Of a DNA stretch of 64,000 bases, positions 1-11,130 are shown piece after piece. Both the position numbers and the translations under genes were made by a program. Below the pieces are notes generated by a model, which worked only from the letters and a program-made list of their open reading frames with translations, searched no databases and had not been told where the DNA came from. How positions within the stretch are numbered: the stretch's first letter is position 1; each line of letters begins with the position of its first letter. Origin of the DNA: Clostridia bacterium (GTDB taxonomy: Bacteria > Bacillota > Clostridia > TANB77 > CAG-465); NCBI GenBank assembly GCA_036653755.1, contig JAVVTJ010000001.1:8928-72927 (forward strand), written 5' to 3'.

Positions 1-332
1 AAAACTCCTCCGTTTTTACCATGAATAATACGTACAATTTTTACTTCATTTGATATGCAATCATCAATGAATTTATCTAATTCATATATCGCTTCATCTT
101 TTGTTTTATGTCTAAGCATTATTTCATTGCTAAAATCTTTATTTTTATCTATATCATAAGTTACACTAGATCTAGTATTTGTTTCAGGATAATTAAAAAG
201 TTGTAATTTATTTTCATCAATTTTTACTTTTTTATTATTTATTTTAACAATACATATATTATTGTATATTCTACATATTTTACCATATAGGTTTGTATTA
301 GTAATTTTTACTTTATCATTTATATTAAACAT
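1..332 (-). CDS. Smr-domain protein, N-terminal 110 codons (gene runs off the window start)
   Basis: Reverse-strand ATG at 332-330 preceded by AGAGGT. Translation ends ...DEAIYELDKFIDDCISNEVKIVRIIHGKNGGV, a typical Smr/MutS2 C-terminal-type motif (LD.F.D......V.IIHGKG.G). Confidence 0.5.
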   Translation of the reverse strand, partial: MFNINDKVKITNTNLYGKICRIYNNICIVKINNKKVKIDENKLQLFNYPETNTRSSVTYDIDKNKDFSNEIMLRHKTKDEAIYELDKFIDDCISNEVKIVRIIHGKNGGV

Positions 333-454
333 TTATTTACCTCTTGCTAAATATTATAACATATTTGGTAGTTATTTTAAATCTTTTGTCTTAAAATTCT
401 TGAATATTTGGATAAAAACTGATATAATAAATTAAGAAATTCTGGCGTAGTATA

Positions 455-478
455 TTTTTTAAAAAGCTAGCCCTAAGG
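455..478. repeat. GCTAGCCC-box copy (ttttttaaaaagctagccctaagg)
   Basis: Single copy 12 nt upstream of lepA start. Its partner pair lies just after the lepA stop. Confidence 0.7.
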
Positions 479-489
479 AAGGAACTTTA

Positions 490-2295
490 ATGGATAAACA
501 ACAATATATAAGAAATTTTAGTATTATAGCACATATTGATCATGGTAAATCTACTTTGGCAGATAGATTACTTCAAATGACAGGTAGTATTGATATAAGA
601 AAAATGCAAGAACAATTATTAGATAATATGGATATAGAAAGAGAACGTGGAATTACTATAAAATCTCAAGCTGTTAGAATGAAATATAAAGCAAAAGATG
701 GAAATGAATATATTTTAAATTTAATAGATACACCTGGACATGTAGATTTTAATTATGAAGTGTCTAGATCTCTTGCTGCGTGTGAAGGTGCAATACTTGT
801 AGTGGATGCAGCACAAGGAGTTGAAGCACAAACATTAGCTAATGTATATTTAGCATTAGAAAATAATTTAGAAGTATTTCCTGTTATAAATAAAATAGAT
901 CTTCCAAGTGCAAGACCACTTGAAGTAAAGAAAGAAATTGAAGATATTATAGGATTAGAAGCAATGAATGCTCCTGAAATATCTGCAAAAACAGGGATTA
1001 ATGTTGAATCTGTGTTAGAGCTTATAGTAAATAATGTTCCTGCTCCAAAAGGAGATATAAGTAAACCTACATCAGCTCTTATATTTGATTGTGTTTATGA
1101 TAACTACAAAGGAGCACTAGCATATGTTAGAATATTTGATGGCACTTTAAAAAAAGGTGATACAATAATAACTATGTCAAATAAAGTAGAATATGAAATA
1201 GTAGAAGTTGGATATTTTAAACCCGGAAACTATATTGAATGTGATATGTTATCTGCAGGAGATGTGGGTTATATAAGTGCAAGTATACGTTCTGTTTCAG
1301 ATATACATGTAGGAGATACAATAACACATAAAAAAAATCCTTGTCTTATTCAATTAAAAGGATATAAAAAAGTACAATCTATGGTATACTCTGGAATATA
1401 TCCAGCAGATGGTAGTGATTATGAGGATTTAAAAGAAGCACTTGGAAAGCTTAAATTAAATGATGCTTCACTTAATTTTGAACTTGAATCATCAGCTGCA
1501 TTAGGTCATGGATTTAGATGTGGATTTTTAGGACTTTTACATATGGAAATAATTGAAGAAAGACTAGAAAGAGAATACGACTTAAATATAATTACAACTG
1601 CTCCTTCTGTTATATATAAAGTTCATAAAACAAATGGAGAAATTCTAGAATTATATAATCCATCTGAACTTCCAAATCCTCAAATTATAGATTATATGGA
1701 AGAACCAATTGCTAAAACAAATATAATTGTGCCAAAAGAATATGTTGGAAATGTTATGGATTTAGCTACTGAGCGCAGAGGTGAATTTATAAATATGAAA
1801 TATATTGATGCAAATAGAGTAGATTTAGAATATTATTTACCTTTAAATGAGATTATATATGACTTTTTTAATAGTTTAAAGTCTAGAACAAAAGGTTATG
1901 CTTCATTTGATTATGAAATAGAAAAATATGCTAAGGCACAACTTTCTAAATTAGATATAATGTTAAATGGTGAATTAGTAGATGCTTTGTCTTTTATAGT
2001 TCATAAAACAAAAGCAGAAAGTAGAGGACGTAAAATAGCAGAAAAATTAAAAGATATTATTCCAAGACAAATGTTTGAAATACCAATTCAAGCAAGTATT
2101 GGAGGAAAAGTAGTAGCAAGAGAAACAGTAAAAGCAATGAGAAAAGATGTTTTAGCTAAATGTTATGGTGGAGATATTACAAGAAAGAAAAAATTACTAG
2201 AAAAACAAAAAGAAGGTAAAAAAAGAATGAGACAAATAGGAAATGTTCAGCTTCCACAAGATGCATTTATGAGTGTGCTTAAAATAGATGATTAA
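490..2295 (+). CDS. lepA: Elongation factor 4 (LepA), translational GTPase
   Basis: 601-aa ORF. N-terminus [22 protein letters not shown] and DTPGHVDF G-motifs. Conserved LepA C-terminal domain. Confidence 0.95.
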   Translation: MDKQQYIRNFSIIAHIDHGKSTLADRLLQMTGSIDIRKMQEQLLDNMDIERERGITIKSQAVRMKYKAKDGNEYILNLIDTPGHVDFNYEVSRSLAACEGAILVVDAAQGVEAQTLANVYLALENNLEVFPVINKIDLPSARPLEVKKEIEDIIGLEAMNAPEISAKTGINVESVLELIVNNVPAPKGDISKPTSALIFDCVYDNYKGALAYVRIFDGTLKKGDTIITMSNKVEYEIVEVGYFKPGNYIECDMLSAGDVGYISASIRSVSDIHVGDTITHKKNPCLIQLKGYKKVQSMVYSGIYPADGSDYEDLKEALGKLKLNDASLNFELESSAALGHGFRCGFLGLLHMEIIEERLEREYDLNIITTAPSVIYKVHKTNGEILELYNPSELPNPQIIDYMEEPIAKTNIIVPKEYVGNVMDLATERRGEFINMKYIDANRVDLEYYLPLNEIIYDFFNSLKSRTKGYASFDYEIEKYAKAQLSKLDIMLNGELVDALSFIVHKTKAESRGRKIAEKLKDIIPRQMFEIPIQASIGGKVVARETVKAMRKDVLAKCYGGDITRKKKLLEKQKEGKKRMRQIGNVQLPQDAFMSVLKIDD

Positions 2296-2357
2296 TTCCT
2301 TAGGGCTAGCTTTTTAAAAACTGCAGATGCAGTTTTTAAAAAGCTAGCCCTAAGGAA
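2296..2357. repeat. Perfect 62-bp palindrome of two inverted GCTAGCCC boxes
   Basis: ttccttagggctagctttttaaaaactgca / tgcagtttttaaaaagctagccctaaggaa, starting at the base after the lepA TAA. Confidence 0.8.
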
Positions 2358-2374
2358 AAGAGAAGGAGAATAAT

Positions 2375-3121
2375 ATGGGATTAGTATATGGTATAAATCC
2401 AGTAACTGAGGCAATTGTATCTGGTAAGACAATAAATAAAATATATGCACAAAAAGGTAGTAGTGAAGTTCATGATGTAGTTATGCTCGCTAAAGATAAA
2501 AAAATTGTTACTGTTGACGCAGACAAATTTAAATTAGATAGAATGGTTACAGTAGAAGGTGAAAAACTTGTAAATTCACAAGGAATAGTAGCATCTGTTA
2601 CTGATTATCAGTATTGTGAAATAGATGATATTTTAGATGTAGCAACTAAAAAAAATGAAGTACCTTTTGTTATAATATTAGATAAGATTGAAGATCCACA
2701 TAATTTAGGTGCAATACTTCGTAGTATAGATTGTTTAGGTTTTCATGGATGTATAATACAAAAAAGAAATAGCTGCCAAATAACTGATACAGTAGAAAAA
2801 GTTGCAGCAGGAGCTTGTAGTTATGTAAAAGTAGCTCGAGTTACAAATATAACCGAAAGTATAAAATATCTAAAAGAAAAAGGTTTATGGATTTATGGTT
2901 TAGATATGGAAGGTGCATCAGATATATATGCTACTTCCCTTTCAGGAGCTTTAGGATTAGTAATAGGTAATGAAGGTGATGGAATATCAAGACTTGTTAA
3001 AGAAAATTGTGATGCAATGATTAAAATACCGATGACTGGAAATATAAATTCACTAAATGCATCAGTTTCTGCTGCAATTAGTATGTATGAAGTAGCAAGA
3101 CAAAAAAATATGAAAAAATAG
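2375..3121 (+). CDS. TrmH-family (SpoU) RNA 2'-O-methyltransferase, RlmB-like
   Basis: 248 aa with SpoU signatures (DPHNLGAILRS; VIGNEGDGIS; IPMTGNINSLNASVSAAI). Confidence 0.8.
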   Translation: MGLVYGINPVTEAIVSGKTINKIYAQKGSSEVHDVVMLAKDKKIVTVDADKFKLDRMVTVEGEKLVNSQGIVASVTDYQYCEIDDILDVATKKNEVPFVIILDKIEDPHNLGAILRSIDCLGFHGCIIQKRNSCQITDTVEKVAAGACSYVKVARVTNITESIKYLKEKGLWIYGLDMEGASDIYATSLSGALGLVIGNEGDGISRLVKENCDAMIKIPMTGNINSLNASVSAAISMYEVARQKNMKK

Positions 3122-3132
3122 GAGAGATATAA

Positions 3133-4393
3133 TTGGAAAATATAGTAAAAACGCAAAATTGGAAGAAAACTTTTTTTATAATATGGCTAGGACAAGCTTT
3201 TTCGTTTTTAGGAAGCAGTATAGTAAGTTTTGCCATAATTTGGTGGATAACTGAAAAAACTGGTTCTGCTACTATACTTCTTGTAGCAACACTTATGTCA
3301 TTTATGCCACAAGGAATATTAGGACCATTTATTGGTGTTATAGTAGATAGATATAGTAGAAAAAAGATAATGATATTATCTGATTTATCAATAGCAGTGG
3401 CTACTTCATTTTTAGTAATAGCTGGAATTTTAGGTGATATTCCTATTTGGATCATAATGATAGTAATGTTTGTGCGTTCAATAGGTAGTGCATTTCACTC
3501 ACCATCACTTTCTAGCTCAATTCCTTTACTAGTACCAAAAGAATATTTAACAAAAGCATCAGGTTGGAATCAAATGCTAGTAGCTGGTTCACAAGTTATA
3601 GGACCTATAATAGGAGCTGCATTTTTAGCATTTATGGATATTGGATATATTGCATTAATTGATATAATTGGTGCTATCTTTGCAATATTATCATTACTTT
3701 GTATAAAACTTCCAGAATTAAATAAAAGTGAAATTAAAAAAGTTCATGTATTAAAAGATATGAAAGAAGGGTTTTTAGCACTTAAAAATTGTAAAGGTAT
3801 ATTTAAACTTTCAATAATAATTGCTATAATGGAAATAGTAATTATACCACTTGGAACTTTATTTCCTTTAATGACAAAAAATCATTTTAATGGAACTGCA
3901 ATAAATGCAAGCATAATAGAAACAGTATTTGGGATAGGTATGACTTTGGGAGCTGTTATGTTAGGAATTTTTGGATGTAAAAAGAAAAAAGTAATTGCTA
4001 TAATAATATCTATAATTACTGTTGGAATAACTGTAATGATTTCAGGACTTTTACCATCATCAGCATTCGTAATATTTGCAGTACTTAGCATAATTATGGG
4101 AGCAGCAGGATCATTTTGTTCAGGACTATATACAGCACTGTTACAAGAAAAGATAGATGTAAATGTACTACGGAAGAGTTTTTTCAATTATAAGTGCAAT
4201 GCTAGTTATGGCATCTCCACTTGGAATGATTATAGCTGCCCCTATTTGTGATACAATGGGAGTTAATATATGCTTTATAATATTTGGCATAATAGCAGCT
4301 ATTTGTGGAATATCTCCACTATTTGTAAAAGATATAATGAATATTGAAAATGATAACTTGGAGGAAGTAAATGAACAAAAAGTTTTGGAATAA
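3133..4393 (+). pseudogene. MFS-family transporter (12-TM efflux-type), split by +1 frameshift at CGG 4171-4173
   Basis: Two overlapping ORFs (3133-4251 and 4163-4393) with continuous TM-helix pattern. TTG start 3133 with GGAGAG RBS. Deleting the C of cta-CGG-aag (4171) gives ...VNVLGRVFSIISAMLVMASPLGMIIAAPI... as one ~420-aa protein. Confidence 0.7.
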
Positions 4394-5081
4394 TGAAGAA
4401 TATAACAAATTAGTTGTATATTTGGAAAGTATATCAGATTCTAAATATTTAAGTTTTCACAAAAACTTAGTGCCTGGAATAAATAATATATTAGGAATTC
4501 AAATTCCAAAATTAAGATTAATTGCTAAAGAAATTGCAAAAGGTAATTATATGCAATATTTTAAAGTAGCAAAATATAACTATTATGAAGAAATAATGCT
4601 TCAAGGTTTGGTTATAGGATATATAAAAGAAGACTATCTAGTTACATTAGAATTAATAAAATCTTTTGTAGAACATATAGATAACTGGGCTATTTGTGAC
4701 TCGTTTTGCACAAAATTTAAATGTATTGAAAAAAATAAAGAAAATTTTTTAATTATTTTAAAAGAATATATACAAACAAAAGAAGAATTTAAAATACGTT
4801 TTGCAGTTGTAATGTTTATGACAATGTATATAGATAAAAATTATATAGATGAAATATTAAGTATTTTAAATAATATTTCAAATGAAGGATATTATGTTAA
4901 AATGGGTGTTGCGTGGTGTTTATGTGAATGCTTTATAAAATTTGAAGATAAAACTATGAAATTACTAAAAGATAATAATTTAGACAAATTTACATATAAC
5001 AAAACACTTCAAAAAATAGTTGAATCATTTAGAATAAGCGCTGAAACAAAACAAATAATTAGGGGTATGAAAATGATTTAA
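4371..5081 (+). CDS. DNA alkylation repair protein (AlkC/AlkD-like HEAT-repeat family)
   Basis: 236 aa. Family-typical length and helical-repeat composition. Overlaps MFS gene end by 23 nt. Confidence 0.55.
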   Translation: MNKKFWNNEEYNKLVVYLESISDSKYLSFHKNLVPGINNILGIQIPKLRLIAKEIAKGNYMQYFKVAKYNYYEEIMLQGLVIGYIKEDYLVTLELIKSFVEHIDNWAICDSFCTKFKCIEKNKENFLIILKEYIQTKEEFKIRFAVVMFMTMYIDKNYIDEILSILNNISNEGYYVKMGVAWCLCECFIKFEDKTMKLLKDNNLDKFTYNKTLQKIVESFRISAETKQIIRGMKMI

Positions 5082-5094
5082 AATATATAAAAAA

Positions 5095-5123
5095 ATATCA
5101 GCAAATTTTTGCTGATATTTTTT
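5095..5123. terminator. Bidirectional rho-independent terminator
   Basis: Hairpin atatcagcaaa-ttttt-gctgatat followed by T-run. Sits between convergent genes. Confidence 0.6.
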
Positions 5124-5141
5124 TAAAAAGCTAGCCCTAAA
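5121..5141. repeat. GCTAGCCC-box copy
   Basis: ttttaaaaagctagccctaaa, between the terminator hairpin and the stop of the convergent hydrolase gene. Confidence 0.7.
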
Positions 5142-5147
5142 AGATTA

Positions 5148-5903
5148 TTATTTTTTAAAAATGTGATCTTTAATTATAGCAGTAGTTGTAAGCGTGTTAA
5201 ACCATTGCTTATTACATTTGTCACTTATATTTGGATTGTAAAAGTATAGTGCCCCATTAGAGTAGTCTTTTCCTTTAAGTGCAATTTTAACGGCTTTGTA
5301 TGTTGTATTAGAAATTATAGCATTTTTTATAGTTCCATTACTAACTGGCTGAAATTGTCCTGGTGAGTAAACTACATCAATAGCGTTATCTGGAAAGTCA
5401 TTACTTTTAATTCTGTTTAAAATTGTTGATGCTACAGCAGCTTTACCTTTAATTGGCTGATCACCAGCTTCTTTTTCAGTTATAGCAAGTAATACTTCAA
5501 TGTCATCAATTTTTGTATTAATTGATTTTTTAATTATGATAGCAGCTTCATCTTTGGCAGATTTTTTTATTTTTTTTGCTATTTTTTCTGCATTTTTAAC
5601 TTTACTATATAATTGTTGATTTGCTTTTTTATTAGCCTCATGTAAAATTATTTTTGCTTTTTCTTCAGTAGAAAAAATTATGTTGTCAGCTTTCTCTTGA
5701 GCAGAAAAAATTATATTGTCTGCTTCCTCTTGAGCAGACAATACTATGTTATTAGCTTTCTCTATTTGAATTAATTTATTACTTATATAAATTAAACCCA
5801 AAAGCGAGATTACTAATAGAATAGATACTATAGTTCTTCTTTTAATAACCATTACTTTTCTTTGTTCCCGGAATTTATTAATATTCAGTGTTTTTAATAA
5901 CAT
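5148..5903 (-). CDS. Cell-wall hydrolase, SleB/CwlJ (Hydrolase_2) family, N-terminal membrane anchor plus triplicated helical repeat
   Basis: C-terminal domain ...AAVASTILNRIKSNDFPDNAIDVVYSPGQFQPV...GALYFYNP matches the SleB/CwlJ catalytic domain. N-terminal TM (IVSILLVISLLGLIY). Three tandem ~33-bp DNA repeats at 5672-5770 encode NIVLSAQEEAD/NIIFSAQEKAD/NIIFSTEEKAK. AAAGGAG RBS before ATG 5903. In-frame CGG at 5870-5868. Confidence 0.7.
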   Translation of the reverse strand: MLLKTLNINKFREQRKVMVIKRRTIVSILLVISLLGLIYISNKLIQIEKANNIVLSAQEEADNIIFSAQEKADNIIFSTEEKAKIILHEANKKANQQLYSKVKNAEKIAKKIKKSAKDEAAIIIKKSINTKIDDIEVLLAITEKEAGDQPIKGKAAVASTILNRIKSNDFPDNAIDVVYSPGQFQPVSNGTIKNAIISNTTYKAVKIALKGKDYSNGALYFYNPNISDKCNKQWFNTLTTTAIIKDHIFKK

Positions 5904-6196
5904 TAGTTAATACTCCTTTCATATTTATAATATTTATATTATATCATACTCCTTTGTGTTATGTCAACTATTTTTCCAAAAAAATGTTTAAATATATATA
6001 TGTTTTACTAAAAAAATATATATATTTTAAAAAAACTTGAAAAACTTGTAAAAATATAGTATTATATTAATATATTAAAGAACATATAGTTAATTTAGTG
6101 AGTAGAAATCTTTCTAATATTACAAATATTATGAGTTTAGAGTAATCTTTATATAAAAACTGAATTTATATAAAGAATATAGTTCATATTATATAA

Positions 6197-7342
<1,146 letters not shown>

Positions 7343-7344
7343 TT

Positions 7345-7899
7345 ATGAATTTTAAAGAAGAAATTATAAATTATATTCCATATAACGCACAAGAAGAAAA
7401 AGATAAACAAGTTATGTTAGAATATATAAATAAGTTTGATGATATATTAGTAAGGACTAATGAAATAGCTCATATGACAAGTAGTAGCTGGATTGTTAAT
7501 AAAAATCGTGATAAAGTGCTAATGATATTTCATAATATATATAATTCATGGAGCTGGACTGGTGGACACGCAGATGGTGAAAGTAATTTTTTAGATGTAG
7601 CAATTAAGGAAGCAAAAGAGGAAACATCAGTTATAAATATAAAACCTATAACTAATGAAATAATTGCATTAGATATATTACCAGTTTGGGGTCATATTAA
7701 AAGAGGAAAATATGTATCTTCTCATCAACATTTAAATGTAACTTATTTATTAGAAGCAGATGAAAATGATGAATTATCTATAAAAGCAGATGAAAATAGT
7801 GGAGTTAAATGGGTACCTTTTAATGAAGTTAAATATTTTTGTAGTGAACCAGAAATGCTGAAAGTATATAATAAAATAGCAGAAAAAATCAAGAGGTAA
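7345..7899 (+). CDS. NUDIX hydrolase
   Basis: Nudix box GGHADGESNFLDVAIKEAKEETSV. Confidence 0.75.
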   Translation: MNFKEEIINYIPYNAQEEKDKQVMLEYINKFDDILVRTNEIAHMTSSSWIVNKNRDKVLMIFHNIYNSWSWTGGHADGESNFLDVAIKEAKEETSVINIKPITNEIIALDILPVWGHIKRGKYVSSHQHLNVTYLLEADENDELSIKADENSGVKWVPFNEVKYFCSEPEMLKVYNKIAEKIKR

Positions 7900-7903
7900 T
7901 TTT

Positions 7904-9064
7904 ATGGATGTGGGAATAGTTTTAGAAGGTGGAGGAGCACGTGGTGCATATCATATGGGCGCTTTAAAAGCAATATATGAACATAACTATAATATAATAG
8001 CAATAACTGGAACTTCAATTGGTGCTATAAATGGTGCAATGGTAGCACAAGGAAATTTTGAAGAAGCATATAAAATATGGGAAACTATACAATATACAAC
8101 TTTATTTGATGTAAATGAAGAAAAATTAACAGCAGCACTTAAAAAGTATATTAATTTTGATATTGTTAAATATTTATCTAAAAAATTCACTGATACCGTT
8201 AAAAATGGTGGTATAGGTACAGAAAAAATGAGAGATTTTATGGATAAATATATTGATGAAGATAAACTTAGAGCGTCTAATACAAGATTTGGTTTAGTAA
8301 CTTTTTCTATTACAGATAAAAAACCTTTAGAATTATTTTTAGAAGATATACCAAAAGGATTACTTAAAAATTATATTATGGCAAGTGGCCAGCTTCCCGT
8401 ATTTAAGCAAGAGGCAACTGATGGAAAATTATATATGGATGGTGGAATATATAACAATTGCCCTATAAATATGTTAGCAGATAATGGATATAAAAATATA
8501 ATAGCAATTAGAACTGGTTCTATATTTAGAGCTAAGGATATTAAAAGAATACAAAAAATAAAGGATATGAATTTATTATTAGTAGAGCCAAAAAATAATT
8601 TACCAAATATTTTAGCTTTCGATAGTATAACATCAAATAAATTATTAAAACTTGGATATTATGATGCTATGAAAAAGTTAGATAAATTAGATGGATTTGA
8701 ATATTATATTAATAATATTGACGAAGAAATATATTTTGAAAGTTTATTTAATTATGATAATGATAATTTAAATAAAATATATATTTCACTTAGTTTAGTA
8801 AATAGAGATACAAAAAAGACTTTATTTGAGACAGTAATTCCAACACTTATGAAAAAAATAGGGATAAAAGAAGTTAAAACATATAAAGAGGTAATTGTAT
8901 CATTAATTGAATATGTAGCAGAAAAAGAAAATATTGAAAAATTTAAAATATATGATATTATTGAATTACTACAAATATGTAAAAGTAAAGTAGTTCTTAA
9001 AGGTAAAAATAAATTAGATGAAATAATATATAGATTTATAAAAGGTTTAGAAATTAAAAAGTAA
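7904..9064 (+). CDS. Patatin-like phospholipase
   Basis: GGGARGAYHMG oxyanion motif, GTSIG nucleophile elbow, DGG near C-terminal half. Confidence 0.8.
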   Translation: MDVGIVLEGGGARGAYHMGALKAIYEHNYNIIAITGTSIGAINGAMVAQGNFEEAYKIWETIQYTTLFDVNEEKLTAALKKYINFDIVKYLSKKFTDTVKNGGIGTEKMRDFMDKYIDEDKLRASNTRFGLVTFSITDKKPLELFLEDIPKGLLKNYIMASGQLPVFKQEATDGKLYMDGGIYNNCPINMLADNGYKNIIAIRTGSIFRAKDIKRIQKIKDMNLLLVEPKNNLPNILAFDSITSNKLLKLGYYDAMKKLDKLDGFEYYINNIDEEIYFESLFNYDNDNLNKIYISLSLVNRDTKKTLFETVIPTLMKKIGIKEVKTYKEVIVSLIEYVAEKENIEKFKIYDIIELLQICKSKVVLKGKNKLDEIIYRFIKGLEIKK

Positions 9065-9097
9065 TATTAAAATAGTTTTTTGAATATAGTTTAATAG

Positions 9098-9887
9098 GTG
9101 ATTATATTGAAAAAATATTGTATATTAGGAACGGATAGTAGAAGTTTAAAATTAAGAGAATTATATTTAGAAAGTGAAAATTTTGTAGCAGAATATGATG
9201 AATCTGATTATATCATAGCACCAATACCATTTTCAAAAGATGGTAATAATATAACTGGTGAAAAACTTACAGTAGATGATATTATTAAAATGTCTAAAAG
9301 TAAAGTTATATTTTCAGGTAGTATTTCAAAAGATATAAAAGAAAAATTTAATGTAAATAAGATAAAATATTATGATTTATTAGAGTTAGAAGAAGTAGCA
9401 ATTTTAAATAGTATACCAACAGCAGAAGGTGCTATACAAACAGCAATGGAAATTACAGATTTTACATTATGTAGTTCAAAAGTGCTTGTTATGGGATTTG
9501 GTAGAATAGGTAAAGTACTTAGTAAAATGTTACATGGAATTGGTGCTACTGTATATGTAGAAGCTAGAAAAGAAAAAGATATAGCAGAAATAATATCAAT
9601 GGGATATATTCCGATAAATTTAAAAGAAATAGATAAATACTTAGGAGTTTTTAATGTAATTTTTAATACAATTCCAGAAGTTATATTAAATAAAGAAAAA
9701 TTGGATATAATAAATAAAAAATGTTGTATTATTGATTTATCATCAAGTCCTCGGAGGAGTAAATTTTGAGTATGCTAAACAAATTGGAATTAATGTTGTA
9801 TGGGCGCTAGCTCTTCCTAGCAAAGTTGCACCATTTTCTTCAGCTGTATATATTAAAGAGGCAATTGATAAAATCATAGGAAAGTAA
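9098..9887 (+). pseudogene. dpaA: Dipicolinate synthase subunit A (SpoVFA/DpaA), interrupted by +1 frameshift at CGG 9752-9754
   Basis: Rossmann motif VLVMGFGRIGKVLS. ORF stops at 9769, but the +1 frame continues GGVNFEYAKQIGINVVWALALPSKVAPFSSAVYIKEAIDKIIGK* (DpaA C-terminus). Removing the C of cct-CGG-agg restores SSPGGVNFEYAK. No dpaB downstream (folD follows). Confidence 0.7.
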
Positions 9888-9897
9888 AGGTAAGCAA

Positions 9898-10737
9898 ATG
9901 ATAATAGATGTAAAAACAATAGTTAAAAATAAAAAAGAAGAATTAATAAAAAAAATAGATAAATTAAAAGAAAATAATATAGTTCCAAAACTTGTATTAA
10001 TATGTGCAAGTGATGATAAAGCATCTGAAATATATGTAAGTAAAAAAAGAAATATGTGCAAAGAAGTAGGCATTGAAGAAGAAGAGTTTTTATTTGATAC
10101 ATTAGTTACAACTGATAAAATAATAGGTGTTATAAAAAAGTTAAATGATGATATTTCAGTAGATGGAATATTAGTACAACTTCCATTATATAAACATTTA
10201 GATGAAAATAAAATTTTAAATAGCATTTCACCATGTAAAGATGTAGATGGACTTCATCCTTTAAATCTTGGTAGGTTATTTGCAAACGAATCTGGAATTG
10301 TATCTTGTACGCCAAAAGGAATTATGACTGTATTAGATGATTTAAATATTCATATTGCTGGAAGTAATGTTGTAGTTATAGGTAGAAGTATTTTAGTAGG
10401 AAAACCAATAGCAGCGTTATTATTAAATAGAAATGCTACTGTTACAATATGTCATTCTAAAACTGAAAATTTAAAATTATTTACATTGAATGCAGATATT
10501 TTAATAGTAGCTGTTGGAAAGCCTAAGATAATTACTGATGATATGGTAAAAGAAGGTTCGATTGTAATTGATGTTGGAATAAATAGAACAGAAAATGGAA
10601 AAATAATTGGAGATGTAGATACTGAAAATGTAAATAAAGTGGCTAAATTTACAACACCAGTGCCAGGTGGTATTGGACTTACTACTGTTTTGTCATTACT
10701 TGAAAATGTAGTTAAAGTTTCAGAAAATAGATCATAG
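9898..10737 (+). CDS. folD: Bifunctional methylenetetrahydrofolate dehydrogenase/cyclohydrolase
   Basis: Typical FolD length (279 aa), motifs VVVIGRSILVGKPIAALL, PVPGGIG. Stop TAG lies inside a repeat box. Confidence 0.9.
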   Translation: MIIDVKTIVKNKKEELIKKIDKLKENNIVPKLVLICASDDKASEIYVSKKRNMCKEVGIEEEEFLFDTLVTTDKIIGVIKKLNDDISVDGILVQLPLYKHLDENKILNSISPCKDVDGLHPLNLGRLFANESGIVSCTPKGIMTVLDDLNIHIAGSNVVVIGRSILVGKPIAALLLNRNATVTICHSKTENLKLFTLNADILIVAVGKPKIITDDMVKEGSIVIDVGINRTENGKIIGDVDTENVNKVAKFTTPVPGGIGLTTVLSLLENVVKVSENRS

Positions 10738-10754
10738 GGCTAGCTTTTTAAAAT
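10734..10754. repeat. GCTAGCCC-box copy overlapping the folD stop codon
   Basis: atagggctagctttttaaaat. The TAG of folD (10735-10737) is the first TAG of the box. Confidence 0.7.
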
Positions 10755-10964
10755 TTGTAACAAAGCAATTTAAGTAAAATATTTATACTGATTTTTGTTA
10801 TTAAATTATAATAAATAAATAATTTATAGCATATATTAATTAGTAGTGACTATATTATTTGCATAAAATAAATACAAATGCAATTAACTTTTTTACACAA
10901 GTTAGATTTAGAATCATTAGAAAATTAAAAATTTCAATTATTTTAACTTTTTTAGTATTTTCTA

Positions 10965-10993
10965 TTGACAAACAATTAAAAAGTTAGTATAAT
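10965..10993 (+). promoter_or_regulatory. Sigma-A-type promoter for tRNA-Gly
   Basis: TTGACA (10965-10970), 17-bp spacer, TATAAT (10988-10993), 19 nt upstream of the tRNA. Confidence 0.6.
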
Positions 10994-11012
10994 ATATATA
11001 CTGCTAAGAAAT

Positions 11013-11086
<74 letters not shown>

Positions 11087-11089
11087 TGT

Positions 11090-11116
11090 ATAAACCGATT
11101 CTATCGGTTTTTTTTA
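11090..11116 (+). terminator. Rho-independent terminator after tRNA-Gly
   Basis: aaccgat-tcta-atcggtt then T8. Confidence 0.7.
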
Positions 11117-11130
11117 TTAGGTGATTTATT

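Noticed and set aside
2893-4187. Reverse-strand ORFs 2893-3156, 3078-3455, 3882-4187 overlapping the TrmH-family and MFS genes
   Set aside because: They lie antisense to well-supported genes, have Ile/Phe/Ser-rich low-complexity composition typical of AT-rich antisense frames, and lack RBSs.
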